Positions 50,999 to 59,635 of a stretch of 64,000 nt of DNA are shown here, one piece after another. The notes under the pieces are model-generated. The model was not told the DNA's origin. It searched no databases and saw only the letters and a list, made by a program, of their open reading frames with translations. Origin of the DNA: Acidimicrobiales bacterium (GTDB lineage: Bacteria > Actinomycetota > Acidimicrobiia > Acidimicrobiales > GCA-2861595); contig JBKJNA010000161.1 of the NCBI GenBank assembly GCA_046596195.1, forward strand, positions 11,311-75,310, written 5' to 3'. Every line of letters begins with the position of its first letter. Position 1 is the stretch's first letter. The translations under genes were made by a program, and so were the position numbers.

Positions 50999-51049
50999 CC
51001 TTCTCCGGTCATCTGACGTCGCTCTGCACGCTCAGATGACCGGAGAAGG
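50999..51049. repeat. 18-bp perfect inverted repeat (CCTTCTCCGGTCATCTGA ... TCAGATGACCGGAGAAGG) with a 15-nt loop
   Basis: Read directly. Located in the roughly 310-bp non-coding interval between the BI-1 gene start and tRNA-Gly, about 80 nt upstream of the tRNA. Confidence 0.85.
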
Positions 51050-51128
51050 GTCGGCGCAGTGGAAAAGTGCACCTTGGTATGCGCAAACTGTCATCGCCGC
51101 CGCGCAGCAGCGCTGTGGCTTCGTCCGT

Positions 51129-51202
51129 GCGGCGGTAGCTCAACGGTAGAGTCTCGCCCTTCCAAGGCGATCACGCGGGTTCGACTCCCGTCCGCCGCTC
51201 CA
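51129..51202 (+). tRNA. tRNA-Gly (anticodon TCC)
   Basis: Hand-folded: acceptor GCGGCGG/CCGCCGC, D-arm GCTC-AACGGTA-GAGT, anticodon stem TCGCC/GGCGA with loop CTTCCAA, T-loop TTCGACT, and an encoded CCA. Confidence 0.93.
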
Positions 51203-51220
51203 GCGACCACGTCGGTCGAA

Positions 51221-51590
51221 TCAGGTGGGTTGCGCGCCGGCTTCCAGGCCGGCGATGAGGTCGAGGAGGCCGGCCGCTTCCCAGAAGCGGTTGCGGGCCG
51301 AGGTGGTGAGCGAACGAAGCACGCCCGCGGCTTCGAACTGCGCGACGGCCTGGTTGACGGCCGGTTTGGTGCGGCCTGTAGCAGCCACTCCGATGGCCAC
51401 GGTGAGCACGGGGTGGGCCGGAATGGCGTCGACGACGGCCCAGGCCGCGACGCCGGCCCGGGGTGGGCTGCTGGCCCGTAGCTGGGCCCGCCAGGTGTCC
51501 TGGAGGCACGTCTCGAACTGGGCGTGTACGACCGCCGCCTGCACGAGCGGCGGCAGCCGCTCGTCGCAGATCAACGCACAGGGGTTGCTC
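51221..51590 (-). pseudogene. Fic-family protein remnant (internal deletion removes the HPFx[D/E]GNGR motif; the C-terminal winged-helix part is retained)
   Basis: Translation ..LPPLVQAAVVHAQFET|CLQDTW...HPVLTVAIGVAATGRTKPAVNQAVAQFEAAGVLRSLTTSARNRFWEAAGLLDLI. The first part matches the sequence just before the Fic motif and the last part matches the Fic C-terminal wHTH. It fills the gap between the 3' ends of tRNA-Gly and tRNA-Pro. Confidence 0.5.
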
Positions 51591-51593
51591 GGA

Positions 51594-51665
51594 GTCGGGG
51601 AGGAGGGATTTGAACCCTCGGCCTCCTGCCCCCAAAGCAGGTGCGCTACCGCTGCGCTACTCCCC
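51594..51665 (-). tRNA. tRNA-Pro (anticodon TGG)
   Basis: Minus-strand sequence CGGGGAGTAGCGCAGCGGTAGCGCACCTGCTTTGGGGGCAGGAGGCCGAGGGTTCAAATCCCTCCTCCCCGA folds as a cloverleaf. Anticodon stem CCTGC/GCAGG with loop TTTGGGG. CCA is not encoded. Confidence 0.9.
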
Positions 51666-51936
51666 GGTCGGGCGCTCCTCGCGGGACCGCCAACGACAAG
51701 CGTAGGCGGCAGCGGCTGCGGCCGAGGCCCGGTACGCGGGCAGGCGCCGCGCTCGCTCCCGAGGTGGGCATTGCCGGCGCAAGGACGCCGGTTGGCGGCT
51801 TGCGACGGTCTCAAGGTTCGGATTCCGGCGCAAGCAACAGCAAAGGGCATCGGCCTGTGCCAGCCGGTAGTTCGGTGGCCTCAGGTTCGGATTCCGGGCC
51901 TGGCCCAACGGACGCCCGGCGGGACGAGGTGGTGCG

Positions 51937-52290
51937 CTAGAGGCGGATGAGGTCTGGCTGGAGGGTTTGCTCCGAGTCGAACTCGAAACCGATGACGGCG
52001 TGGCCGTCGAGGGCTTCGGCGAGCCGGCGCAGTGTGTCGGTGGTGGCGCGGTGCTGGCCGCTCTCGATTCGTGAGATCACCGACTTCGTGGTGCCCATCC
52101 GCTCGGCGAGTTCCTGCTGGGTCAGTTCGAGTTGCGCTCGCCGCATGATGACGACCCGGGCGATCTCTTCGAACGGGCGAAGGCGATCCTGGGTCTCGCT
52201 GAAACGGTCGCTGCGGGAGCGCCGCTGGCTGACGTGCTCCTCGACGCTGCTACCGATGGGGCTGTTGTCCTGTTTGGCCATGGCGCTCAC
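51937..52290 (-). CDS. XRE-family helix-turn-helix protein (HigA-like antitoxin)
   Basis: 117-aa ORF: ..MRRAQLELTQQELAERMGTTKSVISRIESGQHRATTDTLRRLAEAL.., lying directly downstream of a Gp49/HigB-like toxin remnant. Confidence 0.8.
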   Translation of the reverse strand: MSAMAKQDNSPIGSSVEEHVSQRRSRSDRFSETQDRLRPFEEIARVVIMRRAQLELTQQELAERMGTTKSVISRIESGQHRATTDTLRRLAEALDGHAVIGFEFDSEQTLQPDLIRL

Positions 52291-52302
52291 CTTCCAAGCA
52301 GG

Positions 52303-52591
52303 TTAGCAGTTCTGCGAACCTATCGTCAGGGGGCGTCGTGCCCGGCTGCTCGCGGCGGTTCCCGGGGGTCGGCCGTCCTCGCTCAGCAGATCGATCGCCT
52401 GAACCTGCTTGGCGACGAGGTGCCGCACCTTCCGTTTCCCCACAGCTCCCAGGTCGACGGCGAGCTTCGCGAGTTGCGGTGCCACTACGGAAGCCAGCTC
52501 TGTGGACCTCGTCGTCGAGGGCGTCGAGGTAGGCGCGCACTGGCTCTTCGCCGTCGGGCGCTCGGTAATAGACGGCATGGAATTCGGTCAT
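52303..52591 (-). pseudogene. RelE/HigB (Gp49-like) toxin remnant: frameshifted and shortened
   Basis: Frame 1 starts MTEFHAVYYRAPDGEEPVRAYLDALDDE, a typical Gp49/HigB N-terminus, then degenerates into Arg/Gly-rich sequence. A second frame continues ..QLAKLAVDLGAVGKRKVRHL...AIDLLSED.. The central LWELR-type segment is absent. Confidence 0.55.
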
Positions 52592-52706
52592 GGGTAAAAC
52601 CGGTTGTTTTCAGCGTCACCTGATGCAGCCGATGGTCAGTTGACCTCCTCGACCTGCTCATCGGGCCGCCAAGCGCCACCTACCGTTTCTCACGGTCACG
52701 TCGCCC

Positions 52707-53469
52707 CTATCCGCCAGGCAGCTGGACGCCGAAGCCCTTCACGGCCAGCTTGATCAGGACCTGGCCGGGTACCCGCAGGTCGGCGACCCGCACGCGCGAC
52801 AGCTCCTCGAGCTCGGCCAGGCGGGCGGCCAGGGCGTCCGGGCCCTGGCGGCGGGCGGCGCACAGGGCCTTGGCGTTGTGCCACACCTTGCGCCGGGCCT
52901 CCGAGAGGAAGCGCCTGGTGGCGGCCTGATTGAACGGCGTGAGGACCTTGTCCAGCCGGGTGCGGTCGCCCGGCTGCTCGACCTTCCTCAGCTCGTCGTC
53001 CTCGGCGTCGACGCGCGCCGAGAGGATGGCGTCGATGTGGATATGGCCTGGGACCGGCGTTCGAGCACGGCCGGGTCGGCGAACTCGTCGTCGCTGATCG
53101 TGGCCAGCAGCGACTGCGGCAGGTCGTAGTTGACATGGGCGTTCATTGCGAGCAGCACGTGGCGCAGCGGCGGCACACGCCCGTCGCCCGTCGCCTCGAA
53201 TGCCACCGCCCACGGTTCGGCCGGGCGCTCGCCCCGGTTCCACTCCTCCAGCGCGTCGAGGTAGAGGTCGGCGAAGGCCACGTCCCACCGCTCCGCCCAC
53301 GCGGCGTCGAGGAAGCCTCCGCCCTTCAGGTCGTCGTGCACGGCCACCGTCGTGCGCAGGTATGTGGCGAGGAAGTGGCGCCGCCCGTCGCACGCCTCCT
53401 CGAGAGGGGAACCAGCAGCGCCCCCATCCGGGCGATCAGCTCCTCGATGCTGCCCGGCGCGGCCTGCAT
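52707..53469 (-). pseudogene. DUF5995-like gene interrupted by two frameshifts
   Basis: Three frames join into one collinear protein: MQAAPGSIEELIARMGALL.. | ..EEACDGRRHFLATYLRTTVAV...AFADLYLDA...HVLLAMNAHVNYDLPQSLL...ADPAVLERRS | ..HIHIDAILSARVDAEDDEL...TPFNQAATRRFLSEARRKVWHNA.. The frame switches are near 53400 and near 53040. Confidence 0.7.
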
Positions 53470-53817
53470 CCCCAAACTGTACGGCCGTGATCCTGGCCGC
53501 GTCTGGGGAGAGCGGGGACGGCCTGACAGGGAGCATTGTTGCTCGCCCGTCGCCGTGCGGCCAGCGTGTCGGCCGTCCGCAGCCCGGCTGTGGGCCGCTG
53601 AAGGACTGCCTCGGGCCCTGGCCCGGCGTGGAGGTGACCCGCAGCCGGCGCCGCTGCATCGGTGCGTGGGGCAGTCTGGCCGTGCGCCGGTCCTCGGCCG
53701 GGCCACTGGGACAGGATCGTCGCCCTTGTCGCGGATAGGGTCGCCGGAGAACAGAACAGGGGTCGACTCGTGCCGGAAGATGCGAACCGAGGTGCCGCCG
53801 CTGCGCCCCATGGCGCC

Positions 53818-55080
53818 GTGAGGCCGCCGCCGGTCGTGTCCCTGTCACCGGGGTGGCCCCGCCGAACGATCCGGGACCGGGTCGTCGACTGGTTGGCCCG
53901 CCCGGCCGTCCTCCGGCCCGTCTTCAGCGGTCTTCGGCTCCTGGCCCCCGTGCTCACGCTCGGCAAGCGGGTCGTGGTTTCCCGCCATGACGACGTGGTC
54001 GACGTCCTCCGTCGCGACACCGACTTCACCGTCGCCCAGGTGAACGCTCCAAGCATGATCCGGTGGAACGGCCCGTTCATCCTCGGCATGGACAAGGGCG
54101 AGACCTACGACCGGGAGGCCGGCGCCCTGCACCGGGCGGCGCCGGCGGGCGAGGTGGCGCGCGTCCAGGAGTTCGCCGCAGGCATGGCTGCCGACCTGGT
54201 CGACCTGGCCCGTCCGGCCGGCCGCATCGATGTGGTCAACGGCCTCGCGCGTGTCGTCGCCACCCGAACGGTCGCCGCCTACTACGGCGTACCCGGGCCC
54301 GACGAGGTCACCATGATGCGCTGGATGCGCGCCATGTTCGACGCCGTCTTCCTCGACAGCAGCCCGCGGGCGAACCGTGCGGCCGAGCTCACGGTGGCCG
54401 AGCTGCGCCCCTACATGCTGGACCTCATCAAGGGCCGCAGGGCGCAGCTGGCGGCGGGCGAGCCGGTCCCCGACGACGTCCTCACCCGGCTGGTAGCCAT
54501 GAGCGACGAGGAGCCCTGGCTCGACGACGACGCGGTGCGGCGCTGCATCAACGGGGTGATCGTCGGCGCCGTCGACACCACATCGAAGTCTGTCGCCCAG
54601 GCGATCGACGAGCTGCTGCGCCGGCCGATGGCGCTTGACGGGGCCCGCCAGGCCGCCATCGCCGGAAACCTCGACCTGGTGCGGTCCTACATCTGGGAGG
54701 CGCTGCGGTTCTTTCCCCATGCGCCCCTTCTCCAGCGGTCGTCCCGCGGGGCGCCGGTGGGTGCCCGCACCAAGGCGGTGCCGGCCGGAAAGGTGGTGCT
54801 GGTCAGCGTGCTGTCGGCCATGTTCGACCCTGCCGGCTTCCCCAATCCCCGCAGCTTCCGCCCCGACCGGCCCGAGGAGCGCTACCTCCACTTCGGCCAC
54901 GGCATGCACACCTGCTTCGGGCTGGCCGTGAACCGGGTGCAGATCCCTGCCATCGTGGCCGCCCTCGTCGCCCTGCCGGGGCTGCGGCGGGCGCCCGGCG
55001 GCGAGGGCAAGCTGGTCTTCGACGGGCCCTTCCCCGACCGCCTGGTCGTGGAGTTCGACGCCGACGGGAGTGGGCGATGA
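53818..55080 (+). CDS. cytochrome P450
   Basis: In-frame GTG 53818. The I-helix-like segment VIVGAVDTTSK, an ExxR region and the haem-thiolate loop FGHGMHTCFGLAVNR are present. The stop overlaps the next gene's start by 11 nt. Confidence 0.9.
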   Translation: MRPPPVVSLSPGWPRRTIRDRVVDWLARPAVLRPVFSGLRLLAPVLTLGKRVVVSRHDDVVDVLRRDTDFTVAQVNAPSMIRWNGPFILGMDKGETYDREAGALHRAAPAGEVARVQEFAAGMAADLVDLARPAGRIDVVNGLARVVATRTVAAYYGVPGPDEVTMMRWMRAMFDAVFLDSSPRANRAAELTVAELRPYMLDLIKGRRAQLAAGEPVPDDVLTRLVAMSDEEPWLDDDAVRRCINGVIVGAVDTTSKSVAQAIDELLRRPMALDGARQAAIAGNLDLVRSYIWEALRFFPHAPLLQRSSRGAPVGARTKAVPAGKVVLVSVLSAMFDPAGFPNPRSFRPDRPEERYLHFGHGMHTCFGLAVNRVQIPAIVAALVALPGLRRAPGGEGKLVFDGPFPDRLVVEFDADGSGR

Positions 55081-56419
55081 CCGGCCGCCGGCGATCACCG
55101 TTCTGGTCGGCGAACCGGCGCGAATTTCACAGCGTTCAGCCGACCGGAACCGGGTGCTGACGGTGCGCCAGGCGGTGTTCACGGTGGTGGCGCCCATCCC
55201 CCCCAGCGGCCTCGCTGCGTTGCGGGAGGCGGTCGCCACCATCCGCCACGATCCTGCCGGCAACGAGCTGTTGCCGTTCGGCCGCTTCGACATCCTCCAT
55301 TTCGCCAGCCTGGTCCTGGCCGAGGACCTGGAACCGTCCCCGCTGCTGATCCTCGAGCTCAACGCCGACGGCACCGCCTCGTCGTGCCTGGCCGCTCTGG
55401 TGGCCGGGGCGGGGCCGGGCCTCGACGCCCTGTTCGCCTCGTCCGAGGGCTATCCCGGCAGCGCCGACCGCACGGCCGCCAGGGCGTGGCTCGAGCGGCA
55501 CGTCGTGCGGCCCGGGGCGTACCACATCGGCGCCACCGGGCGTACCCACGACCGCATCCGGGAGGAGACCCTGTTGCACGAGGCCATCCAGGCATTCCTC
55601 GATGCCGAGGAGAAGGGCGGTCGCCTGGTCGAAGCCACGCCCGCCACCCTCCGGGCCAGGGTGCAGGACTTCGTGCGAAGCGACCCGTCGCTGGCCTGGG
55701 CCCGCACGTCGCCGCCCCGGCAGGCAACCGTCGCCCGCGCCATGCACTGGGCCCGCTTCGTGGGCGCCATCGCGGCCGTCCTGATCCTGTTGCCCGTCCT
55801 GCTGCCGGTGCTGGTGGTCGCCGTGGTGCCCCTTCGGCTCAAGGAGCGCACCGACAAGGTGCAGGTCGGCCAGCCCGACGACGCCCACGTCCGCCGCCTC
55901 CAGGACGAGGAGGACTTCGCCGCCCAGAACCACCTGTCCAGCGTGATCCCGATCAAGCCGGGTGTCCTGCGGATGGTGGTCCTGCGTAGCGTCCTGCTGG
56001 CCATCAACCTGGTGGCCCGGGTGCTCGCCGTCAACGGCCGCCTCGGCGACATCCCGAGCATCCACTTCGCCCATTGGTCGATGATCAACGACAACCGCCA
56101 CCTGCTGTTCGTGAGCAACTTCGACGGGAGCTGGGAGAGCTATCTGGGCGACTTCATCGACAAGGCGTCCTACGGGCTCACCGCCGTGTGGGGCAACACG
56201 GTCGACTTCCCCCGCACCCGCTTCCTCGCCTTCGACGGCGCGGCCGACGGGCCCCGTTTCCGGGCATGGGCCCGGGCCAGGCAGTGCTCCACGAACGCCT
56301 GGTACACCGCCTACCCGGCCGCCACCATGGCCACCATCGACAACAACACGTCCATCCGCGAGGGCCTGTTCGCAACCCTCGACGGGGAGGGGACCGCCGC
56401 GTGGCTCGCCCGACTCTGA
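55070..56419 (+). CDS. conserved hypothetical membrane-spanning protein (IHFAHW...FDGSWESYLGDF motif), linked to the DyP peroxidase
   Basis: 449-aa ORF with a central pair of hydrophobic helices (FVGAIAAVLILLPVLLPVLVVAVV and VLRMVVLRSVLLAINLVARVLAV). Good GC3 bias. Overlaps both neighbouring genes. Confidence 0.7.
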   Translation: MGDDRPPAITVLVGEPARISQRSADRNRVLTVRQAVFTVVAPIPPSGLAALREAVATIRHDPAGNELLPFGRFDILHFASLVLAEDLEPSPLLILELNADGTASSCLAALVAGAGPGLDALFASSEGYPGSADRTAARAWLERHVVRPGAYHIGATGRTHDRIREETLLHEAIQAFLDAEEKGGRLVEATPATLRARVQDFVRSDPSLAWARTSPPRQATVARAMHWARFVGAIAAVLILLPVLLPVLVVAVVPLRLKERTDKVQVGQPDDAHVRRLQDEEDFAAQNHLSSVIPIKPGVLRMVVLRSVLLAINLVARVLAVNGRLGDIPSIHFAHWSMINDNRHLLFVSNFDGSWESYLGDFIDKASYGLTAVWGNTVDFPRTRFLAFDGAADGPRFRAWARARQCSTNAWYTAYPAATMATIDNNTSIREGLFATLDGEGTAAWLARL

Positions 56420-57879
56420 ACGGCTCGGGAGGCGGGTCCCCGGGCATCCCTCCGCTCGACACGGCCGACATGCAGGGCCTGGTAGCGAGGGCCTACGGCC
56501 ACCTCCCCCTCGCCCGGTACCTCCTGTGCGAGGTCACCGACGCAGCCGCCGCCCGGGGCTGGCTCGCCTCGGTGGCCCCAGGCGTGTCGACGGCGGCCCG
56601 CCGGGACGAGGGCTGCGGTCTCGTCGTCGCCTTCACCTATGCGGGCCTGGCCGCCCTGGGGCTGGACCACGACGCCCTGGCCACGTTCCCCCGACCCCTC
56701 CAGGAGGGCATGGTCACGCCGTACCGGTCCCGCATCCTCGGCGACGACGGCCCGAGCGCCCCCGCCTCCTGGCGGTGGGGTGGTCCCGAGAACCCCGCCA
56801 TCCACGTGCTGGTCGTCGTCTACGCACCAGACGAAACGGAGGTCGAGCGTGAGCTCGCCGACCGGCGGGCCGCCTTTGCCGGCGCGCTGGCCGAGATCGC
56901 ACCTCCGATCGAGGGCATCCTCCAGGGCGGGGTCGAGCATTTCGGCTTCGCCGACGGCCTCTCCCAGCCGGTACTGAAGGGGTGGCCCCGCCGCACATCC
57001 TCGGTGCGCCCGCCTGCTCCGCCCCCGCCCGTGAAGTGGGAGGAGGTCAACCCGGGGGAGGTCCTCCTCGGCTACCCCGACAACTACGACAAGCCCGCCC
57101 AGGGCCCGACCGTGGCGGGCAAGGGCAAAGCGGCGGCCGGGCTGCCGCCTGCTCCGTGGGCACCGGGCCGGCGCCACCTCGGCCAGAACGGCACCTTCCT
57201 CGTGTTTCGCCAGCTGGCGCAGGACGTCGGGGCCTTCCGGCGCTACCTCGACGAGGCCTGCACCACCACCGCCGCCCGCGGCACGCCCCTCAGCCCGCAG
57301 AAGGTGGGGGCCAAGATGGTGGGCCGCTGGCCGAGCGGCGCCTCCCTGGTCGTGTTCCCCGACGACGACCCGGGCGAGGCGGGTACCAACGACTTCGGAT
57401 ATCACGAGCAGGACCAGACCGGCTTCAAGTGCCCGCTGGGCGCCCACGTGCGCCGGTCGAACCCCCGCGACTCGTCGGCCGAGAGCCCCGCCAAGTCGCT
57501 GATCTCGAGCATGAACCACCGGTTGTTGCGGCGGGGCCGTCCCTACGGGTTGCCGCTGGTGGACCCGCCCACTCAGCCGGGGGAGGCGGAAGGCGCCGAG
57601 CGGGGACTGTTGTTCCTCTGCCTCAACAGCGACTTCGAGCGGCAGTTCGAGTTCGTCCAGCACACCTGGCTGGACAACGGGTTCTTCGCTGGCCTGTGCC
57701 GCGAGGTCGACCCGCTGGTGGGTCCGCAGCCCGAAGGCGGTGGCGGTTTCACCGTGCCCGACCTGCCGGTGCGGCGCCGCCTCACCGGCATCCCCCGCTT
57801 CGTCACCACGGTGGGCGGCGCCTACTTCTTCCTGCCGGGCATCCGGGCCCTGGAGTACCTGGCCGCCCTCGAGGACTGA
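56401..57879 (+). CDS. Dyp-type peroxidase family protein
   Basis: ..LDTADMQGLVARAYG..., ..EHFGFADGLSQP..., ..CPLGAHVRRSNPRD..., ..LLRRGRPYG..., ..GLLFLCLNSDFERQFEFVQHTW.. are typical DyP motifs. The start is GTG 56401 (overlapping the upstream gene by 19 nt) or ATG 56470. Confidence 0.88.
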   Translation: MARPTLNGSGGGSPGIPPLDTADMQGLVARAYGHLPLARYLLCEVTDAAAARGWLASVAPGVSTAARRDEGCGLVVAFTYAGLAALGLDHDALATFPRPLQEGMVTPYRSRILGDDGPSAPASWRWGGPENPAIHVLVVVYAPDETEVERELADRRAAFAGALAEIAPPIEGILQGGVEHFGFADGLSQPVLKGWPRRTSSVRPPAPPPPVKWEEVNPGEVLLGYPDNYDKPAQGPTVAGKGKAAAGLPPAPWAPGRRHLGQNGTFLVFRQLAQDVGAFRRYLDEACTTTAARGTPLSPQKVGAKMVGRWPSGASLVVFPDDDPGEAGTNDFGYHEQDQTGFKCPLGAHVRRSNPRDSSAESPAKSLISSMNHRLLRRGRPYGLPLVDPPTQPGEAEGAERGLLFLCLNSDFERQFEFVQHTWLDNGFFAGLCREVDPLVGPQPEGGGGFTVPDLPVRRRLTGIPRFVTTVGGAYFFLPGIRALEYLAALED

Positions 57880-57883
57880 ATGT

Positions 57884-57919
57884 GAAGAGGGACCGGCGCC
57901 GGAGCGCCGGTCCCTCTTC
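57884..57919. terminator. bidirectional intrinsic-terminator-like hairpin (16-bp perfect stem, 4-nt loop)
   Basis: GAAGAGGGACCGGCGC-CGGA-GCGCCGGTCCCTCTTC, 5 nt after the DyP stop and between convergent genes. There is no long U-tract. Confidence 0.7.
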
Positions 57920-57952
57920 GTACTGATTCAGGGCCTAGTCAGGCCGGCGGTC

Positions 57953-59635
57953 CTAGAGGGAGGCGCAGGGGTTGCCGGTGAAGCCGGCCTTCGCCTCGGC
58001 GACGACGACTTCGATACCGAGAATCTGCACCCGCAGTGCCTGCTGGGTGATGGACGTGGCCGTGGTGACCGTGCGGTTGACGGCGACGGTGCCGAGTCCG
58101 AGAGGGAGCTGGATGAGCGCGCTCCCCGTGGTGTTCACGCTCGACCCGTTGATCACCAGCGTGGCGATCGTCGACGACGACGTGAGCTTCGGCGCCAGGC
58201 CGCCGGGCACCGCTGCGCACTGGACCTTGGCCTCCGAGCGCAGGACGGTCGCCTTGATGCCCACGCGGCCGAGAGCCGAGATGTCGGCGGACTCGACGGT
58301 GGAGACGGCGGTCGCCCTGTCGGTGGTGGCGGGCAGCGTGGCGTTGAGGTTGTCCGGCGTCTGGTCGGTGGTCGACACGAGGGTGCCGCTCTTCACGTTG
58401 ACCTCACCGGAGGTGAGGTTGACGCCCAGCGTCGTGATGGCGCCGTCCTTGCAGGGGTTGAAGGGGTTGTTGGCCACGTTGGGCTCGATGGCGACCAGGC
58501 GCAGGCCGCTGGCCCGGCAGGCGAACGTGCCCGCACGACCCATGTCGTCGTTGACGATCGTGCCCTTGCCCTGACCGTCGGCGAGGCCGGCGTCGCTGCT
58601 CGTGATGTGGACGAAGAACGTCTCGTCGGGCTCGACCGTGGTGTCACCGATGACGTTGACCACGATCTGCTTTGACGACTCGCCCGGGTTGAAGGTGACC
58701 TGACCGGCGGCCGCCTGCAGGTCGTTTGCGGACGCCGTGCCCGTGAGGCTGGTGGTGTAGTCGACGACCACCGGCGCCCCGCAGGCGGCGATGTTCAGCG
58801 AGACGGTGAACGAGAAGGGCGTAAGGCCGGCGTTGCCCTCGAGCTTGCTCACGTCGCTGATCGAGGCCTGGGGCACGCCACCGGTGCAGATGGTGGTGCC
58901 ACGGGTCGCCAGGGTGACGATCTTGCCATTGGGGTCGTTGTCGACGGCGTTGAGACCACCGGCGGCCGTGAACTGGTTGTGCGAGAAGTTCCCGTTGACG
59001 TCGGCGTTGGTGAGGCCCACCTCCGTGACGCCGTAGGGCGTGACGGTGAAGCCGGCCTCCGACTGGTTGGTGCTGATCTCGCTCACCAGGAACGGCAGGA
59101 AGTCGAAGGCGTTGTTCAGCCGCGACTCGGCGAAGGCAACCAGGCCGCCGCCGCCGTTCACATAGGCGATCAGGTCGTTGGAGCGTGCGTTCAGCACGTC
59201 GAGGTCAGCCTGGCGCAGGATGCCACCGAAGTCGGATGCGACGACCACCGTCGCGTAACTGGCGAAGTTGACCGTGGCCAGGTTGACGGCGGCGTCATCG
59301 GTGCCGGTCTGGGCCGACGCCAGGACGGGCGTGTAGCCCGCCGCCTGGAGCCCGGCCTCGGAATCGGCGTGGCCCGCCGGCGGTGCGCCCTTGCTGGAGA
59401 CCAGCAGGACCGACGGGTTCGTCGTGTTCGACGTCACGAACTCGATCGAACGGTTGATGATGTTCTTCGAGCCGGTGGCGTTCTCGCCCGACTGGGTCGC
59501 ATGGAAGTCCGGGTCGTGCCCGGTCACGAAGACGCCACCCGGTGTGGCGGCGGATGCCACGCCCCCACCGAAGGAGGCGATCGGTACCGCTATCAGCGCC
59601 CCGAGTAAAGACAGACCGACAAACAGACGTTTCAA
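57953..59635 (-). CDS. secreted protein with a Calx-beta-like domain and unknown N- and C-terminal domains
   Basis: Preferred start is TTG 59635 (GGGGGGA upstream; the ORF extends to 59692). Signal peptide LKRLFVGLSLLGALIAVPIASFGGGVASA. Calx-beta-like segment ..ASISDVSKLEGNAGLTPFSFTVSL...VVVDYTT..GTASA.DL...GQVTFNPGESSKQIVVNVIGDTTVEPDETFFV. Confidence 0.7.
   Translation of the reverse strand: MKRLFVGLSLLGALIAVPIASFGGGVASAATPGGVFVTGHDPDFHATQSGENATGSKNIINRSIEFVTSNTTNPSVLLVSSKGAPPAGHADSEAGLQAAGYTPVLASAQTGTDDAAVNLATVNFASYATVVVASDFGGILRQADLDVLNARSNDLIAYVNGGGGLVAFAESRLNNAFDFLPFLVSEISTNQSEAGFTVTPYGVTEVGLTNADVNGNFSHNQFTAAGGLNAVDNDPNGKIVTLATRGTTICTGGVPQASISDVSKLEGNAGLTPFSFTVSLNIAACGAPVVVDYTTSLTGTASANDLQAAAGQVTFNPGESSKQIVVNVIGDTTVEPDETFFVHITSSDAGLADGQGKGTIVNDDMGRAGTFACRASGLRLVAIEPNVANNPFNPCKDGAITTLGVNLTSGEVNVKSGTLVSTTDQTPDNLNATLPATTDRATAVSTVESADISALGRVGIKATVLRSEAKVQCAAVPGGLAPKLTSSSTIATLVINGSSVNTTGSALIQLPLGLGTVAVNRTVTTATSITQQALRVQILGIEVVVAEAKAGFTGNPCASL

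Noticed and set aside
51059-51481. 140-aa ORF spanning tRNA-Gly, and ORFs 51225..51950 + and 51171..51635 - across the tRNA region.
   Set aside because: They overlap two confidently folded tRNAs and have no coding signature.
51840-51905. Possible additional tRNA or tRNA pseudogene (GCCAGCCGGTAGTTCGGTGGCCTCAGGTTCGGATTCCGGGCCTGGCCCA).
   Set aside because: I could not form an acceptor stem, an anticodon stem or a proper T-stem. It is kept only as a T-arm-like direct repeat observation.
52250-52591. 113-aa ORF read straight through from the HigB-like start as an intact novel toxin.
   Set aside because: After about 28 residues the translation becomes Arg/Gly/Pro-rich with no toxin-fold motifs and runs into the antitoxin gene. 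The HigB-like continuation is visible in another frame, so a pseudogene is the simpler reading.
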